Shown in pieces: positions 45,351 to 55,250 of a stretch of 59,060 nucleotides of DNA. Position 1 is the stretch's first letter. Every line of letters begins with the position of its first letter. A program made the translations under genes and the position numbers. The notes under the pieces were generated by a model, which was not told the DNA's origin, ran no database searches, and saw only the letters and a list, made by a program, of their open reading frames with translations. Source of the DNA: an uncultured Gammaproteobacteria bacterium (lineage in GTDB: Bacteria; Patescibacteriota; Microgenomatia; UBA8517); NCBI GenBank assembly GCA_964458085.1, contig CAYWFF010000002.1, forward strand, positions 3,473-62,532, read 5' to 3'.

Positions 45351-45356
45351 ATAATT

Positions 45357-46568
45357 ATGGTAAACGGATCTAAAAAACTAATGGTTTTAACGACCTTTCT
45401 TGGGTTGTATCTTCTGTCAAGCGGTTTGTCCTACGCAGTTTTTTCTTATCTTAAAGCCGATCCTTCAGGAGGCTTTGCTTCCGAAAATGTTAGCGAAAAT
45501 AGATCACGTATAGACCCGTCTCTTCCCAAAACTGAAATTTGTCCCCTAAACGGTGCAATGTACAGTAAGCCCGAGAAAGATATCTGGGAAACCCGCAGAC
45601 CCATTGCTGCCGTAATTGAAAACCATCTTGATTCCCGACCTCAGTCCGGTTTATCTAAAGCAGATATCGTATACGAAATAGTTGCAGAAGGCGGAATAAC
45701 AAGGTTTCTGTCTATCTTTTACTGCGGTGCCGCTGCTGAAGAAGTGAAGATTGCTCCTGTTCGAAGTGCGAGGGTTTATTTAGTCAATTGGGCAGCGGAG
45801 TACGGTAAATCTCCTATTTTTGTTCATATCGGAGGAGCGAATAATATTTGCAATAATTGTCCCGGAGGAGTAAAACCCAGAGGTCAAACTGCCCGTGAAG
45901 TTGATGCGTTTCAACTATTAAGTACTATGGGTTGGAGATATGCTAAAGGTAATGATTTTGACGGCGGAACAAATATCGGTTATCCGGTTATCGTACGGGA
46001 CCAATTCAGATTGGGAGATAAGGCTGCCTGGGAACATTCTGTAGTAGGTTTCACGGATAAGATTTTTGATGAAGCAAAGGAGAGGGGTTTCGGAGCAACG
46101 GACGAAGACGGAAAAGCATGGGATGCTGCATTTACCGATTGGAAATTCACTGACGGAAAAGCAGCTAATTCTCCGGATTATGATTCCGTATCGTTCGCTT
46201 TTAGTAACAACAGTGACTATAATGTCACTTGGAATTACGATAAAGCCGCAAATAACTACAAAAGGGAGAATGGCGGTAAACCCCACATTGATAATGAAAC
46301 CAAAGAGCAGATTACTGCCCAAAATGTTGTTATAATGCAGGTAACAGAACGCGGTCCGGTAGATGAGGAAAAGCACATGTTTTATGAGACCATAGGTTCA
46401 GGAGATGCCCTCATCTTTCAAAACGGTGAAGTTATAAAGGGTACATGGAAAAAAACACGTGCGACTGCCCGGACAGTATTCTCTGACGCAAGTGGTAGGG
46501 AGATAAGTTTTGTTCGTGGTCCGATTTGGATCGAAGCGGTTGCAGATGACAATAAAATTACATACTAA
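45357..46568 (+). CDS. DUF3048 domain protein (YerB-like lipoprotein/secreted)
   Basis: RPIAAVIENHLDSRPQSGLSKADIVYEIVAEGGITRFLSIF is the family hallmark. Confidence 0.75.
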   Translation: MVNGSKKLMVLTTFLGLYLLSSGLSYAVFSYLKADPSGGFASENVSENRSRIDPSLPKTEICPLNGAMYSKPEKDIWETRRPIAAVIENHLDSRPQSGLSKADIVYEIVAEGGITRFLSIFYCGAAAEEVKIAPVRSARVYLVNWAAEYGKSPIFVHIGGANNICNNCPGGVKPRGQTAREVDAFQLLSTMGWRYAKGNDFDGGTNIGYPVIVRDQFRLGDKAAWEHSVVGFTDKIFDEAKERGFGATDEDGKAWDAAFTDWKFTDGKAANSPDYDSVSFAFSNNSDYNVTWNYDKAANNYKRENGGKPHIDNETKEQITAQNVVIMQVTERGPVDEEKHMFYETIGSGDALIFQNGEVIKGTWKKTRATARTVFSDASGREISFVRGPIWIEAVADDNKITY

Positions 46569-46591
46569 ATCTCCTGCCCTTCACTCTATCA

Positions 46592-47176
46592 ATGGCTGAA
46601 TTAAGCGACATTATTACTTCAAAAGTCCGTATAAAAATACTTGAACTTTTCCTGTCTGATACATCTGAGATGTATCACGTTAGGGGAATTGTCAGGGAGG
46701 TTAAAGAAGAAATCAATGCTGTCAGGCGTGAGCTGGAGCGAATGGATAAAGCAGGAATTCTTAAAAGAGAAAACAGGGGGAATCGATTATATTATTGGCC
46801 GCGAGCTGATTATCCTTTTTTTGGAGACCTTATCGGGATAGTTGCCAAAACAACCGGACTCGGAGCAGAAATTATTGCAAACAAAAATAAAATCGGCAAA
46901 GTCGGTTATGTTATGTTTTCAGGCAGATTTGTTAGGAAGAAAACGAGGAAGCGGGAAGACGATGTTGATATATTGCTAGTTGGAGACGTTCTCATTCCTG
47001 AATTGGCAGCTATTATTCGAAAAGAGGAATCGAAACGGGGGAAAGAGATAAACTATACTGTAATGAGCAGGGAAGAATTGGATTTCCGAAAGAAAAGACG
47101 TGACCCGTTCCTTTTGGGAATTCTCGCAGGCAGCCGCACCATGATAATTGGAGATGAAGAAGACTTAGTCGGATAA
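46592..47176 (+). CDS. Winged-helix (ArsR-like) DNA-binding protein with C-terminal uncharacterised domain
   Basis: N-terminal KVRIKILELFL...YHVRGIVREV...INAVRRELERMDKAGIL wHTH pattern. Confidence 0.5.
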   Translation: MAELSDIITSKVRIKILELFLSDTSEMYHVRGIVREVKEEINAVRRELERMDKAGILKRENRGNRLYYWPRADYPFFGDLIGIVAKTTGLGAEIIANKNKIGKVGYVMFSGRFVRKKTRKREDDVDILLVGDVLIPELAAIIRKEESKRGKEINYTVMSREELDFRKKRRDPFLLGILAGSRTMIIGDEEDLVG

Positions 47177-47180
47177 CCCC

Positions 47181-48524
47181 ATGAAAAAGCCTCTTTTAAA
47201 AGTACTTATAATTTTTTTTGCTACACTAGTTGCGGGTTATATAAGTTTACCTAAAAGCGTACCTATAAAATTTTCAATGTTTGGAGCAAAATTCGATACC
47301 GTCTATACCAGAAAAGATTTGAATTTTAGTATCGGAAGTTTTTCTTTAAGCAAACAGTTTGATCTGATATTGGGACTGGACCTTGCGGGAGGCAGTCATT
47401 TAGTTTTTGAAGCCGATACGGGTGGCATTGACAGCAGTAAAAAAACTGAAGCGATCCAGTCCGTACGAAATGTCATTGAAAGACGCGTGAACCTTTTTGG
47501 GGTATCTGAACCCAATATACAAGTTTCGTCTTTCGAAGGGAAAGACAGAATTTTAGTAGAGTTACCGGGAGTTCGCGACACCGAAGAGGCGGTTGGTTTA
47601 ATCGGTAAAACCGCGCAATTGGTGTTTGCAGAAATCGGAACGGAAGAAACTCCCGGAATTATACCTACCGATCTGACTGGGGGGGATTTGGAGCAAGCAG
47701 AGGTTGTATTTGATCAGACTACCGGAAATCCCGCAGTCTCTCTATCGTTTAGCGATGAGGGGGCAATAAAGTTTGCCGACATTACTGAACGCAACATCGG
47801 AAAACCTGTTGCGATTATGCTTGATGATGAAGTTGTTTCCGCTCCTCAAGTATCAGATAAAATTACAGGCGGTTTTGCACAAATAAGCGGTGAGTTTACT
47901 CTTGAAGAAGCCAGACAACTTGCAATTCAGCTAAACGCCGGAGCACTTCCGGTTCCGGTGAATTTGGTAGAACAGAGAACTGTTGGTGCAACGCTCGGAG
48001 CAGAGTCGGTTGCACGGAGTATCAGAGCAGGATTAATCGGTTTGGGAATGGTTTTAGTATTTATGGTTCTTATCTATGGCAAACTGGGGATAATTGCAAG
48101 CATTGCGTTACTAATTTTTGGCATTATAACTCTCGCTCTTTATAAATTGATTCCGGTCGTGTTAACGCTTCCCGGGATCGCAGGCTTTTTACTATCCGTC
48201 GGAATGGCTGTCGACTCTAATATTCTTATTTTTGAAAGGTTTAAAGAAGAACGCCAGCGTAGGGATTTTCGTAATGCTTTGGAAGTCTCATTCGGACGTG
48301 CTTGGGATTCTATACGTGATGCAAATATCGCAACTTTGGTTACTGCATTTATTCTTGCAAATCCATTGGACTTTTCTTTTCTTCACACCTCAGGTCCCGT
48401 CAGGGGATTTGCAATTACTTTGGCATTGGGAATAGTTGTCAGTATGTTTACGGGAATTGTTGTTTCCAGGAATTTACTGCGGGTTTTAGTTACTGAAAGA
48501 AAGCGAGATAAGAAAAATGATTGA
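47181..48524 (+). CDS. secD: Protein translocase subunit SecD
   Basis: LGLDLAGGSHLVFEAD, a periplasmic domain and a C-terminal 5-TM bundle with AVDSNILIFERFKEE. Confidence 0.92.
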   Translation: MKKPLLKVLIIFFATLVAGYISLPKSVPIKFSMFGAKFDTVYTRKDLNFSIGSFSLSKQFDLILGLDLAGGSHLVFEADTGGIDSSKKTEAIQSVRNVIERRVNLFGVSEPNIQVSSFEGKDRILVELPGVRDTEEAVGLIGKTAQLVFAEIGTEETPGIIPTDLTGGDLEQAEVVFDQTTGNPAVSLSFSDEGAIKFADITERNIGKPVAIMLDDEVVSAPQVSDKITGGFAQISGEFTLEEARQLAIQLNAGALPVPVNLVEQRTVGATLGAESVARSIRAGLIGLGMVLVFMVLIYGKLGIIASIALLIFGIITLALYKLIPVVLTLPGIAGFLLSVGMAVDSNILIFERFKEERQRRDFRNALEVSFGRAWDSIRDANIATLVTAFILANPLDFSFLHTSGPVRGFAITLALGIVVSMFTGIVVSRNLLRVLVTERKRDKKND

Positions 48525-49389
48525 TTGGTTGAAATATAAAAAAATTACTTTGGCGCTGTCTTTTGTGATGATTGTTGTTAGCACAATAAGTCTCACCCTT
48601 TGGGGGCTTCGGCTTGGTGTGGATTTTCGCGGAGGGACTATTATTGAATATGCATTTAGCAGGGAAGTGTCAACTGAAGATTTAACTAAAGTAATAACCG
48701 AAACAGGTTTAGATGTAGCTTCAATTCAGAAAACAAGCGACAATACTTATCTTTTACGTTTTCCGCCGTTTAGCGGAGAAGAAAAAGAAACAGTCAGAGG
48801 AGCCGTGGAAAGCTATGCTGGGGAGCTGGAAGAACGCCGATTTGAAACAGTAGGACCTTCCATTGGTCCGGAACTTATTAAAAAAACCGTTTATGCGATA
48901 GCATTTGCAACTGGTGCAATACTTCTCTGGATTGCTTATCAATTTAAAAGTATTAAATACGGCACTTCCGCAATTCTTGCAATGCTCCATGACACATTTA
49001 TTTTAGTCGGCGTTTATTCTTTACTTGGTCACTTAATGCAAGTAGAAATAGACTTTTTATTTGTTACAGCGTTGCTGACTATACTTTCCTTTTCTGTACA
49101 CGATACCATTGTTGTGTATGATCGGGTTCGTGAAACCCAGAAAAAAGAAGGCGGAGATATTTCCATTTTGGCCAACCGGGCAATTACAGAAACCATGGTT
49201 CGGTCATTAAATAATTCCTTTACTATTATATTTATGTTGGTTGCTTTGGTACTTCTGGGGGGTACAACTGTGCAGTGGTTTGCACTAGCTCTGTTAGTGG
49301 GAACGGTTTTAGGAACTTACTCTTCACCTTTTGTGGCTGTCCCATTTTTAGTTATGTGGTCGCAGTTTGAAAACAAAAAAAATAAATGA
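48517..49389 (+). CDS. secF: Protein translocase subunit SecF
   Basis: LGVDFRGGT and FSVHDTIVVYDRVRE. Overlaps secD by 8 nt. Confidence 0.92.
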   Translation: MIDWLKYKKITLALSFVMIVVSTISLTLWGLRLGVDFRGGTIIEYAFSREVSTEDLTKVITETGLDVASIQKTSDNTYLLRFPPFSGEEKETVRGAVESYAGELEERRFETVGPSIGPELIKKTVYAIAFATGAILLWIAYQFKSIKYGTSAILAMLHDTFILVGVYSLLGHLMQVEIDFLFVTALLTILSFSVHDTIVVYDRVRETQKKEGGDISILANRAITETMVRSLNNSFTIIFMLVALVLLGGTTVQWFALALLVGTVLGTYSSPFVAVPFLVMWSQFENKKNK

Positions 49390-49943
49390 AGAAAAAAACT
49401 GCCTTTTTTGCAATTGCTTCACAAGTACTTATTCTTGCTTTTTTTGTTCTGACACAAACTTTTACCAGTATTTCACCAGAAATATTGGAACCATTTATCA
49501 CTCCTTTTTTTCCTACAGGGGAGACTTTGGGAAGTAGTAATGAGGATTCTTTGGTGGTAAGTAAAGTAATCGATGGCGATACAATAGAACTATTAAACGG
49601 TCAAAAGGTGCGCTATATTGGCATTGATACTCCTGAAACCAATAGCCCGCAAAAGAAAAATGAGTGTTTCGCTAGTGAAGCAAAAAATAAAAACAGGGAA
49701 TTGGTAGAAGATAAATTTGTCAGGCTGGAGAAAGACGTCTCAGAAACCGATCGCTACGGAAGACTTTTGCGCTATGTTTATATTGATGATGTGATGGTAA
49801 ATGAAGTCTTAGTTTCCGAAGGATATGCTGTTTCTGCAACTTTTCCTCCGGACGTTAAGTATCAGGAAAAATTCCGTTTAGCAGAGCAGCAAGCAAGGAA
49901 AGAAAACAAGGGACTATGGAGTACCTGCAGTGTTTTAGAGTGA
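49386..49943 (+). CDS. Thermonuclease (staphylococcal nuclease-like) with signal anchor
   Basis: VIDGDTIEL...VRYIGIDTPE...DRYGRLLRYV...VSEGYA SNase motifs. Confidence 0.85.
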   Translation: MKKKTAFFAIASQVLILAFFVLTQTFTSISPEILEPFITPFFPTGETLGSSNEDSLVVSKVIDGDTIELLNGQKVRYIGIDTPETNSPQKKNECFASEAKNKNRELVEDKFVRLEKDVSETDRYGRLLRYVYIDDVMVNEVLVSEGYAVSATFPPDVKYQEKFRLAEQQARKENKGLWSTCSVLE

Positions 49944-51308
49944 AATTTCTTTAAGCCTTCTAAGTAACTCTTGTCGTTTATTTTCAATCTTTTTTGCAAC
50001 TACTTCATCAAATAATTCATTTAATAATTCTCCAACCTTTGGCCCGGGGGAAAGTTTTAGCTCTTTCATCACCTCATGTCCTGTGATTTTTAAGTCATGT
50101 ACGGTAAAAGGCTGCTTTTGCACTTCAGTTAAGCGTTCTTTAAATTCATCCAATCTCCATGAAGTTTCTGAAGCTCCGCCACCCAGTCTGTCACCTACCC
50201 TTAGGTCAAGCATGTCAGCTAAATTTTCTTTGCCTACATTTCGGATAAAGCGCCTGATCGCGGAGTCGGTCTGCCGCTCATCAACTGTAAATTGATGAAA
50301 GCGAACAAGAGTAACTAATTTTTCCTTTTGTTTATTGGAAAGCCTTAATCGATCTGCAATTCTTCTGGCAATTTTGGTACTAACCATTTCATGGTTATAA
50401 AAAGTTATTACACCGCTTTCCAGTTTTTTATAAGTCAGGGGTTTGCCGATATCATGTATCAGACATGCAAATCTGACTATTGGGTTGGTTGCGGGACAAA
50501 ACTTTAAAGAAAGTAAACTGTGAGTTCCAACATCGTGAATATGATGTCTGCCGGGAGACTTTTGATCAACGCCGAATGTTTTTTCAAGTTCCGGTAATAT
50601 TTCCTGCATCAAATGGCTTTCCCGGAAAAGAAGCATGCCTTCATAAGGATGGGCTGAAGCAAGAGTTTTTAGAAGTTCGTCCCGAACACGTTCTTTTGCA
50701 ATTTTATGGATGAGCGCAGCATTTGTCTGAATCGCTTCAAGAGTTTCTGGCTCTATAACAAAGTCAAGCTCTGCAGCAATTCTAATTGCCCGCATCATAC
50801 GGAGAGCATCTTCTTGGAATCTCTCCTGCGGGTCTCCTACTGCTCTTATTAATTTTTTTTCCAGATCCTTTTGACCTTCATATAAATCAATAAGTTCGAA
50901 TTCGTATATTTTATCCTGCGGTTTTAGGGCCATCGCGTTTATTGTAAAGTCGCGCCTTTTCAGGTCTTCTGCCAAAGTTTTCCCCCAAGAAATTTCATCC
51001 GGTCTCCTGGAGTCGGAATAACCGTGTTCAGTTCGAAAAGTTGTAATTTCGAATGGCCTACCGCTTTCACTTGCTATGCCAACTGTTCCGTAGGCATTGT
51101 CATAAAATGCCTCAGGAAACAACTTCACCAATTCCTCAGGAGTTGCGTTTGATGTCAGGTCCCAATCATACACATCTTTTTTCAGAATAACATCTCTTAC
51201 TGCACCGCCTACAATATAAATTTCAAATCCAGCCTTCTGAACTTTTTCAATAATTGTATTTACTTCCACCGGAACATTTACTTTCATTCTGGGTTTATTA
51301 TACTTCAT
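49935..51308 (-). CDS. cca: CCA-adding tRNA nucleotidyltransferase with HD domain
   Basis: GGAVRD...D.D head domain, RRDFTINA and an HD motif (LIHDIGKP). Confidence 0.88.
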   Translation of the reverse strand: MKYNKPRMKVNVPVEVNTIIEKVQKAGFEIYIVGGAVRDVILKKDVYDWDLTSNATPEELVKLFPEAFYDNAYGTVGIASESGRPFEITTFRTEHGYSDSRRPDEISWGKTLAEDLKRRDFTINAMALKPQDKIYEFELIDLYEGQKDLEKKLIRAVGDPQERFQEDALRMMRAIRIAAELDFVIEPETLEAIQTNAALIHKIAKERVRDELLKTLASAHPYEGMLLFRESHLMQEILPELEKTFGVDQKSPGRHHIHDVGTHSLLSLKFCPATNPIVRFACLIHDIGKPLTYKKLESGVITFYNHEMVSTKIARRIADRLRLSNKQKEKLVTLVRFHQFTVDERQTDSAIRRFIRNVGKENLADMLDLRVGDRLGGGASETSWRLDEFKERLTEVQKQPFTVHDLKITGHEVMKELKLSPGPKVGELLNELFDEVVAKKIENKRQELLRRLKEISL

Positions 51309-51329
51309 TAAGAGAATGAAAGGATAATT

Positions 51330-53027
51330 ATGAAAAAACCTAAATTAGAAACTGTCAGTGGTGCCAAATGGGAGATGGTGTCAAAAAAAACACCTGAGTC
51401 CGAAGAACAAATTTTAAAAATACTGCTTGCAAACCGCGGTCTTACCACCAAGAAAGCTCAAGAAGATTTTTTTAATCCGCCTCACCCGAATGATCTCACT
51501 TTAGAGGATGTTGAATTAAAAAGTGAGTCTATAAAAAAAGCGATAAAAAGAATAAGGGTGGCACTACAAAATAAGGAAAAGGTGATAGTTTTCGGGGATT
51601 ATGATGCTGACGGCATTACCGCTTCAGGAGTTTTATGGGAAACACTTTACTCTTTAGGTTTATCAGTAAAGCCATATTTACCCGACAGGTTTACTGAAGG
51701 CTATGGCATAAAATCTGATGCCATAAAAAAGCTCAAAGATAGCGAAGATATTTCACTTATTATTACAGTAGACAACGGCATTGTAGCTCATGAAGCGATT
51801 GCGGAAGCTCAAAGTTTAGGCATAGATGTAATTATTACAGATCATCACCAGCCTGCGGAAATTTACCCTGAAGCTTACGCAGTTATTCATTCAACTGCCA
51901 TAGGCGGTGCAGCAGTTGCCTGGTTTTTTGCCAGAGAAATACGCCGTGTTTTAAAAATTTCTGATGATAAACTTCCTTTTGGTGATGCATTGGAGCTTGC
52001 AGCTATAGGAACAATTGCTGACCAAATTCCTTTAATTGGTCCTAATCGCTCTATAGTAAAACATGGACTAACTGCGATTAATAAAAGTAAAAGAGTGGGT
52101 CTGCAACATATATTTACTGAATCACAATTAACCTCAGGAGCAATTACCTGCTATGACATTGGTTTTATTGTGGCTCCACGAATTAATGCTATGGGTAGAT
52201 TGGAACACGGTATGGATTCACTGCGACTTTTATGTACTCCTGATCCTAAACGAGCAAGACAATTATCTTTAGTTTTAGGAAAAACAAATAAAGAACGTCA
52301 AATGGTGGTTGAAAAGGTTTTAACGGAAGCAAAAATCATTGCCGGTAAAACAGATTGGTCCGGTGGAGTAATAGTTGTTGCGCACGAGTCTTTTCATGAA
52401 GGTGTAATAGGGCTTGCTGCAGGTAAGCTTGTTGAAAATTACCACCTTCCTGCAATCGTTTTATCAAAAGGCGATACCCTCTCCAAAGCATCTGCACGAT
52501 CAATTACCGGTTTTAATATAATTGACGCAATTCGAGCAACAGGGGATTTAATTGTCGGAGGCGGAGGTCATCCTATGGCCGCTGGTTTTACAATTGAAAC
52601 AGCCAAAATCGACACTTTCATTGCAAAATTAAATGAGATAGCCAAGCAACTCCTCACGGCCGATATTCTTACAAAGCGCAAAAAAATTGACCTTGCCATA
52701 CCTTTTTCTGCAATTACAGATTCATTAGTTTCTAAACTTAACGAATTCGAACCGGTTGGTTTGGGCAATCCAACGCCAACTTTTGTAACTGACAATGTCG
52801 GAGTTTTGGATATAAGATCTGTTGGCCGGGAAAATAAACATTTAAAATTAAAACTTATACATGGTGAAACTCTAGTTGATGCAATCGGTTTTAATTTGGG
52901 TTCAGTATTTCCCAAAATTACACCAGAAACCAAACTTTCAGTTGTATATTCTGTTGAAGAAAATGTATGGAACGGCAACGTTAATTTACAACTGAAAATC
53001 CGTGATATTGGTTTTCAGGCTAAATAG
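51330..53027 (+). CDS. recJ: Single-stranded-DNA-specific exonuclease RecJ
   Basis: DHH motifs GDYDADGITA, TVDNG and ITDHHQP, plus DHHA1 GGGHPMAAG. Confidence 0.92.
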   Translation: MKKPKLETVSGAKWEMVSKKTPESEEQILKILLANRGLTTKKAQEDFFNPPHPNDLTLEDVELKSESIKKAIKRIRVALQNKEKVIVFGDYDADGITASGVLWETLYSLGLSVKPYLPDRFTEGYGIKSDAIKKLKDSEDISLIITVDNGIVAHEAIAEAQSLGIDVIITDHHQPAEIYPEAYAVIHSTAIGGAAVAWFFAREIRRVLKISDDKLPFGDALELAAIGTIADQIPLIGPNRSIVKHGLTAINKSKRVGLQHIFTESQLTSGAITCYDIGFIVAPRINAMGRLEHGMDSLRLLCTPDPKRARQLSLVLGKTNKERQMVVEKVLTEAKIIAGKTDWSGGVIVVAHESFHEGVIGLAAGKLVENYHLPAIVLSKGDTLSKASARSITGFNIIDAIRATGDLIVGGGGHPMAAGFTIETAKIDTFIAKLNEIAKQLLTADILTKRKKIDLAIPFSAITDSLVSKLNEFEPVGLGNPTPTFVTDNVGVLDIRSVGRENKHLKLKLIHGETLVDAIGFNLGSVFPKITPETKLSVVYSVEENVWNGNVNLQLKIRDIGFQAK

Positions 53028-53091
53028 TTTATAATTGCTCAAGTAAATTCTGATCGTAAGATCGTAATTTGCTTATACTTCTTGAACCCTA

Positions 53092-54585
53092 ATGAAACAT
53101 TTGACAACCATTGATAAACAGTACAGTGAATTAGTGGCAACACTTAAAAGTTACCAGGACACTCCTGAACTTCCACAGGTTGAAAAGGCGTGGCAGTTTG
53201 CGAAAAGAGTTCATGGCGGTCAAATGCGTAAAACAGGTGACCCTTACACCACTCATCTTTTATCAACAGCTCAGGAGTTAACAAACTGGAAACTTGATAC
53301 GGCGTCAGTCATTGCGGGTCTTTTGCATGACACCATTGAAGATGCAGGAGTTACTTTTGAAGAATTAGCTAAAGAATTCGGCGAAGAAGTTGCAACTCTA
53401 GTTATAGGAGTAACCAAAGTATCCGCATTAAGACTGCGGGGAAGCAGATCTCAGGACTTTGTAGAAAACTTACGCAAAATGTTTTTAGCGATGGCGAAGG
53501 ACTTACGTGTAGTACTGGTAAAGCTGGCAGACAGGCACCACAATGTCTCAACACTATATGCATTGCCTTCAGATAAGCAAAAAAAGATTGCGGTTGAAAC
53601 TTTAGAAGTATATGCACCGCTTGCGGAAAGGCTTGGGATGGGGCAAGTAAAAAGTAAATTGGAAGAATTGGCATTTCCTTATGCGTTCCCCAGATCGTAC
53701 AAAAGAGTAAAAAAGGGCTCGGCATCATACTACAAAGAAGCTGCGAAACGGATTAAAAAAATGAAAACCACTCTTCTGCGCTCAATTGCTGAGGAAGGAA
53801 TAAGAGTGACTGTTCAGGCAAGACAAAAGAATTTATATTCCCTGTGGGGAAAATTAAAAAGACCCAATATCAATTGGGACTTTGAAAAAGTTCACGACAT
53901 AATCGCGTTAAGGATACTGACAAATTCTGTAGCTGAATGTTATGTTGCTTTGGGAATTGTTCATAGTACCTATAAACCGGTACCCAAACTGGGGATTTCT
54001 GATTTTATAGCTCAACCCAAACCCAACGGTTATCAGTCAATTCACACCAGAGTATTCGGACCAAACGGCAAAATGGCAGAAGTGCAAATCAGAACTTTTG
54101 AAATGCATGATCAGGCCGAACACGGAGTGGCAGCCCACTGGGCATATAGTGATGCCAAGACAAAAGGTGTTTCAGACAGCCATTTAGAAAAAGGGAAAGT
54201 CCAGGCAACTAAATCAAAGCTTAACTGGATTAAAGAATTAGCCTCTTGGCAGCGGGAAATTTCTGACTCCAAAGAATTTATGGAGGCAGTCAAATTCGAC
54301 GCTTTGAAAGAAAGGAATTTTATTTTTTCACCCAATGGCGATGTGTTTGATCTCCCCACTGGCGCAACCCCTGTGGACTTTGCATATGCAGTCCATACTG
54401 ATTTGGGGAATTTTATACAAGCTGCAAAAGTGAACGGCCGGATGGTTCCTTTGAATTATCAACTTAAAAGCGGGGACGTGGTTGAGATTTTAAAAACTAA
54501 AAATCCCAAAAAACCTTCCAGAGATTGGCTGAAGTTTGTTTCCACAAATAGTGCTAAAAGTAAAATTAAAAAGGATTTAAGTTAA
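53092..54585 (+). CDS. rel: Bifunctional (p)ppGpp synthetase/hydrolase, RelA/SpoT homolog ending after the TGS domain
   Basis: HD hydrolase (HLLSTA...LHDTIEDA), synthetase (GYQSIHT...EVQIRT..MH..AE.G.AAHW) and TGS (FSPNGDVFDLPTGATPVDFAY). At 497 aa there is no room for C-terminal ZFD/ACT domains. Confidence 0.9.
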   Translation: MKHLTTIDKQYSELVATLKSYQDTPELPQVEKAWQFAKRVHGGQMRKTGDPYTTHLLSTAQELTNWKLDTASVIAGLLHDTIEDAGVTFEELAKEFGEEVATLVIGVTKVSALRLRGSRSQDFVENLRKMFLAMAKDLRVVLVKLADRHHNVSTLYALPSDKQKKIAVETLEVYAPLAERLGMGQVKSKLEELAFPYAFPRSYKRVKKGSASYYKEAAKRIKKMKTTLLRSIAEEGIRVTVQARQKNLYSLWGKLKRPNINWDFEKVHDIIALRILTNSVAECYVALGIVHSTYKPVPKLGISDFIAQPKPNGYQSIHTRVFGPNGKMAEVQIRTFEMHDQAEHGVAAHWAYSDAKTKGVSDSHLEKGKVQATKSKLNWIKELASWQREISDSKEFMEAVKFDALKERNFIFSPNGDVFDLPTGATPVDFAYAVHTDLGNFIQAAKVNGRMVPLNYQLKSGDVVEILKTKNPKKPSRDWLKFVSTNSAKSKIKKDLS

Positions 54586-54588
54586 TAT

Positions 54589-55020
54589 TTAAAACCAAGA
54601 AATTGTAACACCATTAATGTCTGTATCTATGTAGCTTTGCTGACCAGTTAAAAGTCGAGAGGCAATGTTGGCGACACCTTCATCGGCCAACTTTACAATA
54701 TTTAATTGAGCCGCCAGATCTGCTGTTTTAAGGCCATTTAAAGTATGAGTAGCACCTGTATCTGGTAAAAACTTATGTTTTAAATCATTACATATACGAG
54801 TGAGTTTTCGTGCTGCGTAATTTTTTTGTAGAAGATCCGCATTCGGATCGTTGAGTATCTCTATAGTTGTTTCTTTCTTTAGTTCCCATTTTTCAACATC
54901 AACTTCATCTAAACCGTTTTTTAATAAAACCATAGGTGCATCAAATATTACACCAGCGACTTTTCCTAGATCGGAATAGGAAATTCTTGTTACGTGATTA
55001 AAGCTTTCTTTTCTTTCCAT
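54589..55020 (-). CDS. Hypothetical protein (143 aa)
   Basis: Clean ORF with its own promoter and leader. No recognisable motif. Confidence 0.5.
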   Translation of the reverse strand: MERKESFNHVTRISYSDLGKVAGVIFDAPMVLLKNGLDEVDVEKWELKKETTIEILNDPNADLLQKNYAARKLTRICNDLKHKFLPDTGATHTLNGLKTADLAAQLNIVKLADEGVANIASRLLTGQQSYIDTDINGVTISWF

Positions 55021-55039
55021 TATTTAAAAAATAAACAAT

Positions 55040-55071
55040 AAAAAAAACCTCCTGTTTTCTTTAGGAGGTTT
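55040..55071 (-). terminator. Intrinsic terminator/attenuator hairpin in the 5' leader of the 54589-55020 gene
   Basis: On the minus strand, AAACCTCCT-aaagaaaac-AGGAGGTTT is followed by TTTTT. The 5' arm can alternatively pair with GGAGGTTTAG (complement of 55103-55112). Confidence 0.5.
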
Positions 55072-55178
55072 AGGTTTTAAATATTAATTTACTATTACAC
55101 CACTAAACCTCCAGTCCGCATCTTGCGGATTTGAAGGAAAGTATAAATGGTGTGCCACAAATTCATAATAATGGAGGT

Positions 55179-55207
55179 ATTATACACATGTTAAATCCTC
55201 TTTACAA
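55179..55207 (-). promoter_or_regulatory. Candidate promoter TTGTAA-N17-TATAAT (minus strand)
   Basis: -35 is the complement of 55202-55207 and -10 the complement of 55179-55184. Back-to-back with the aspS promoter. Confidence 0.5.
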
Positions 55208-55215
55208 GTGTAGCG

Positions 55216-55244
55216 TTGACTTTATAAATTCTTACAACTATAAT
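55216..55244 (+). promoter_or_regulatory. Sigma-70-type promoter TTGACT-N17-TATAAT for the aspS leader
   Basis: -35 at 55216-55221, exact 17-nt spacer, and -10 at 55239-55244. Confidence 0.65.
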
Positions 55245-55250
55245 CCAACC

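Noticed and set aside
55179-55192. Extended -10 (TGnTATAAT) reading of tgtgtataat on the minus strand.
   Set aside because: The TG is one nucleotide too far from the TATAAT hexamer. The promoter call is kept only on the basis of TTGTAA-N17-TATAAT.
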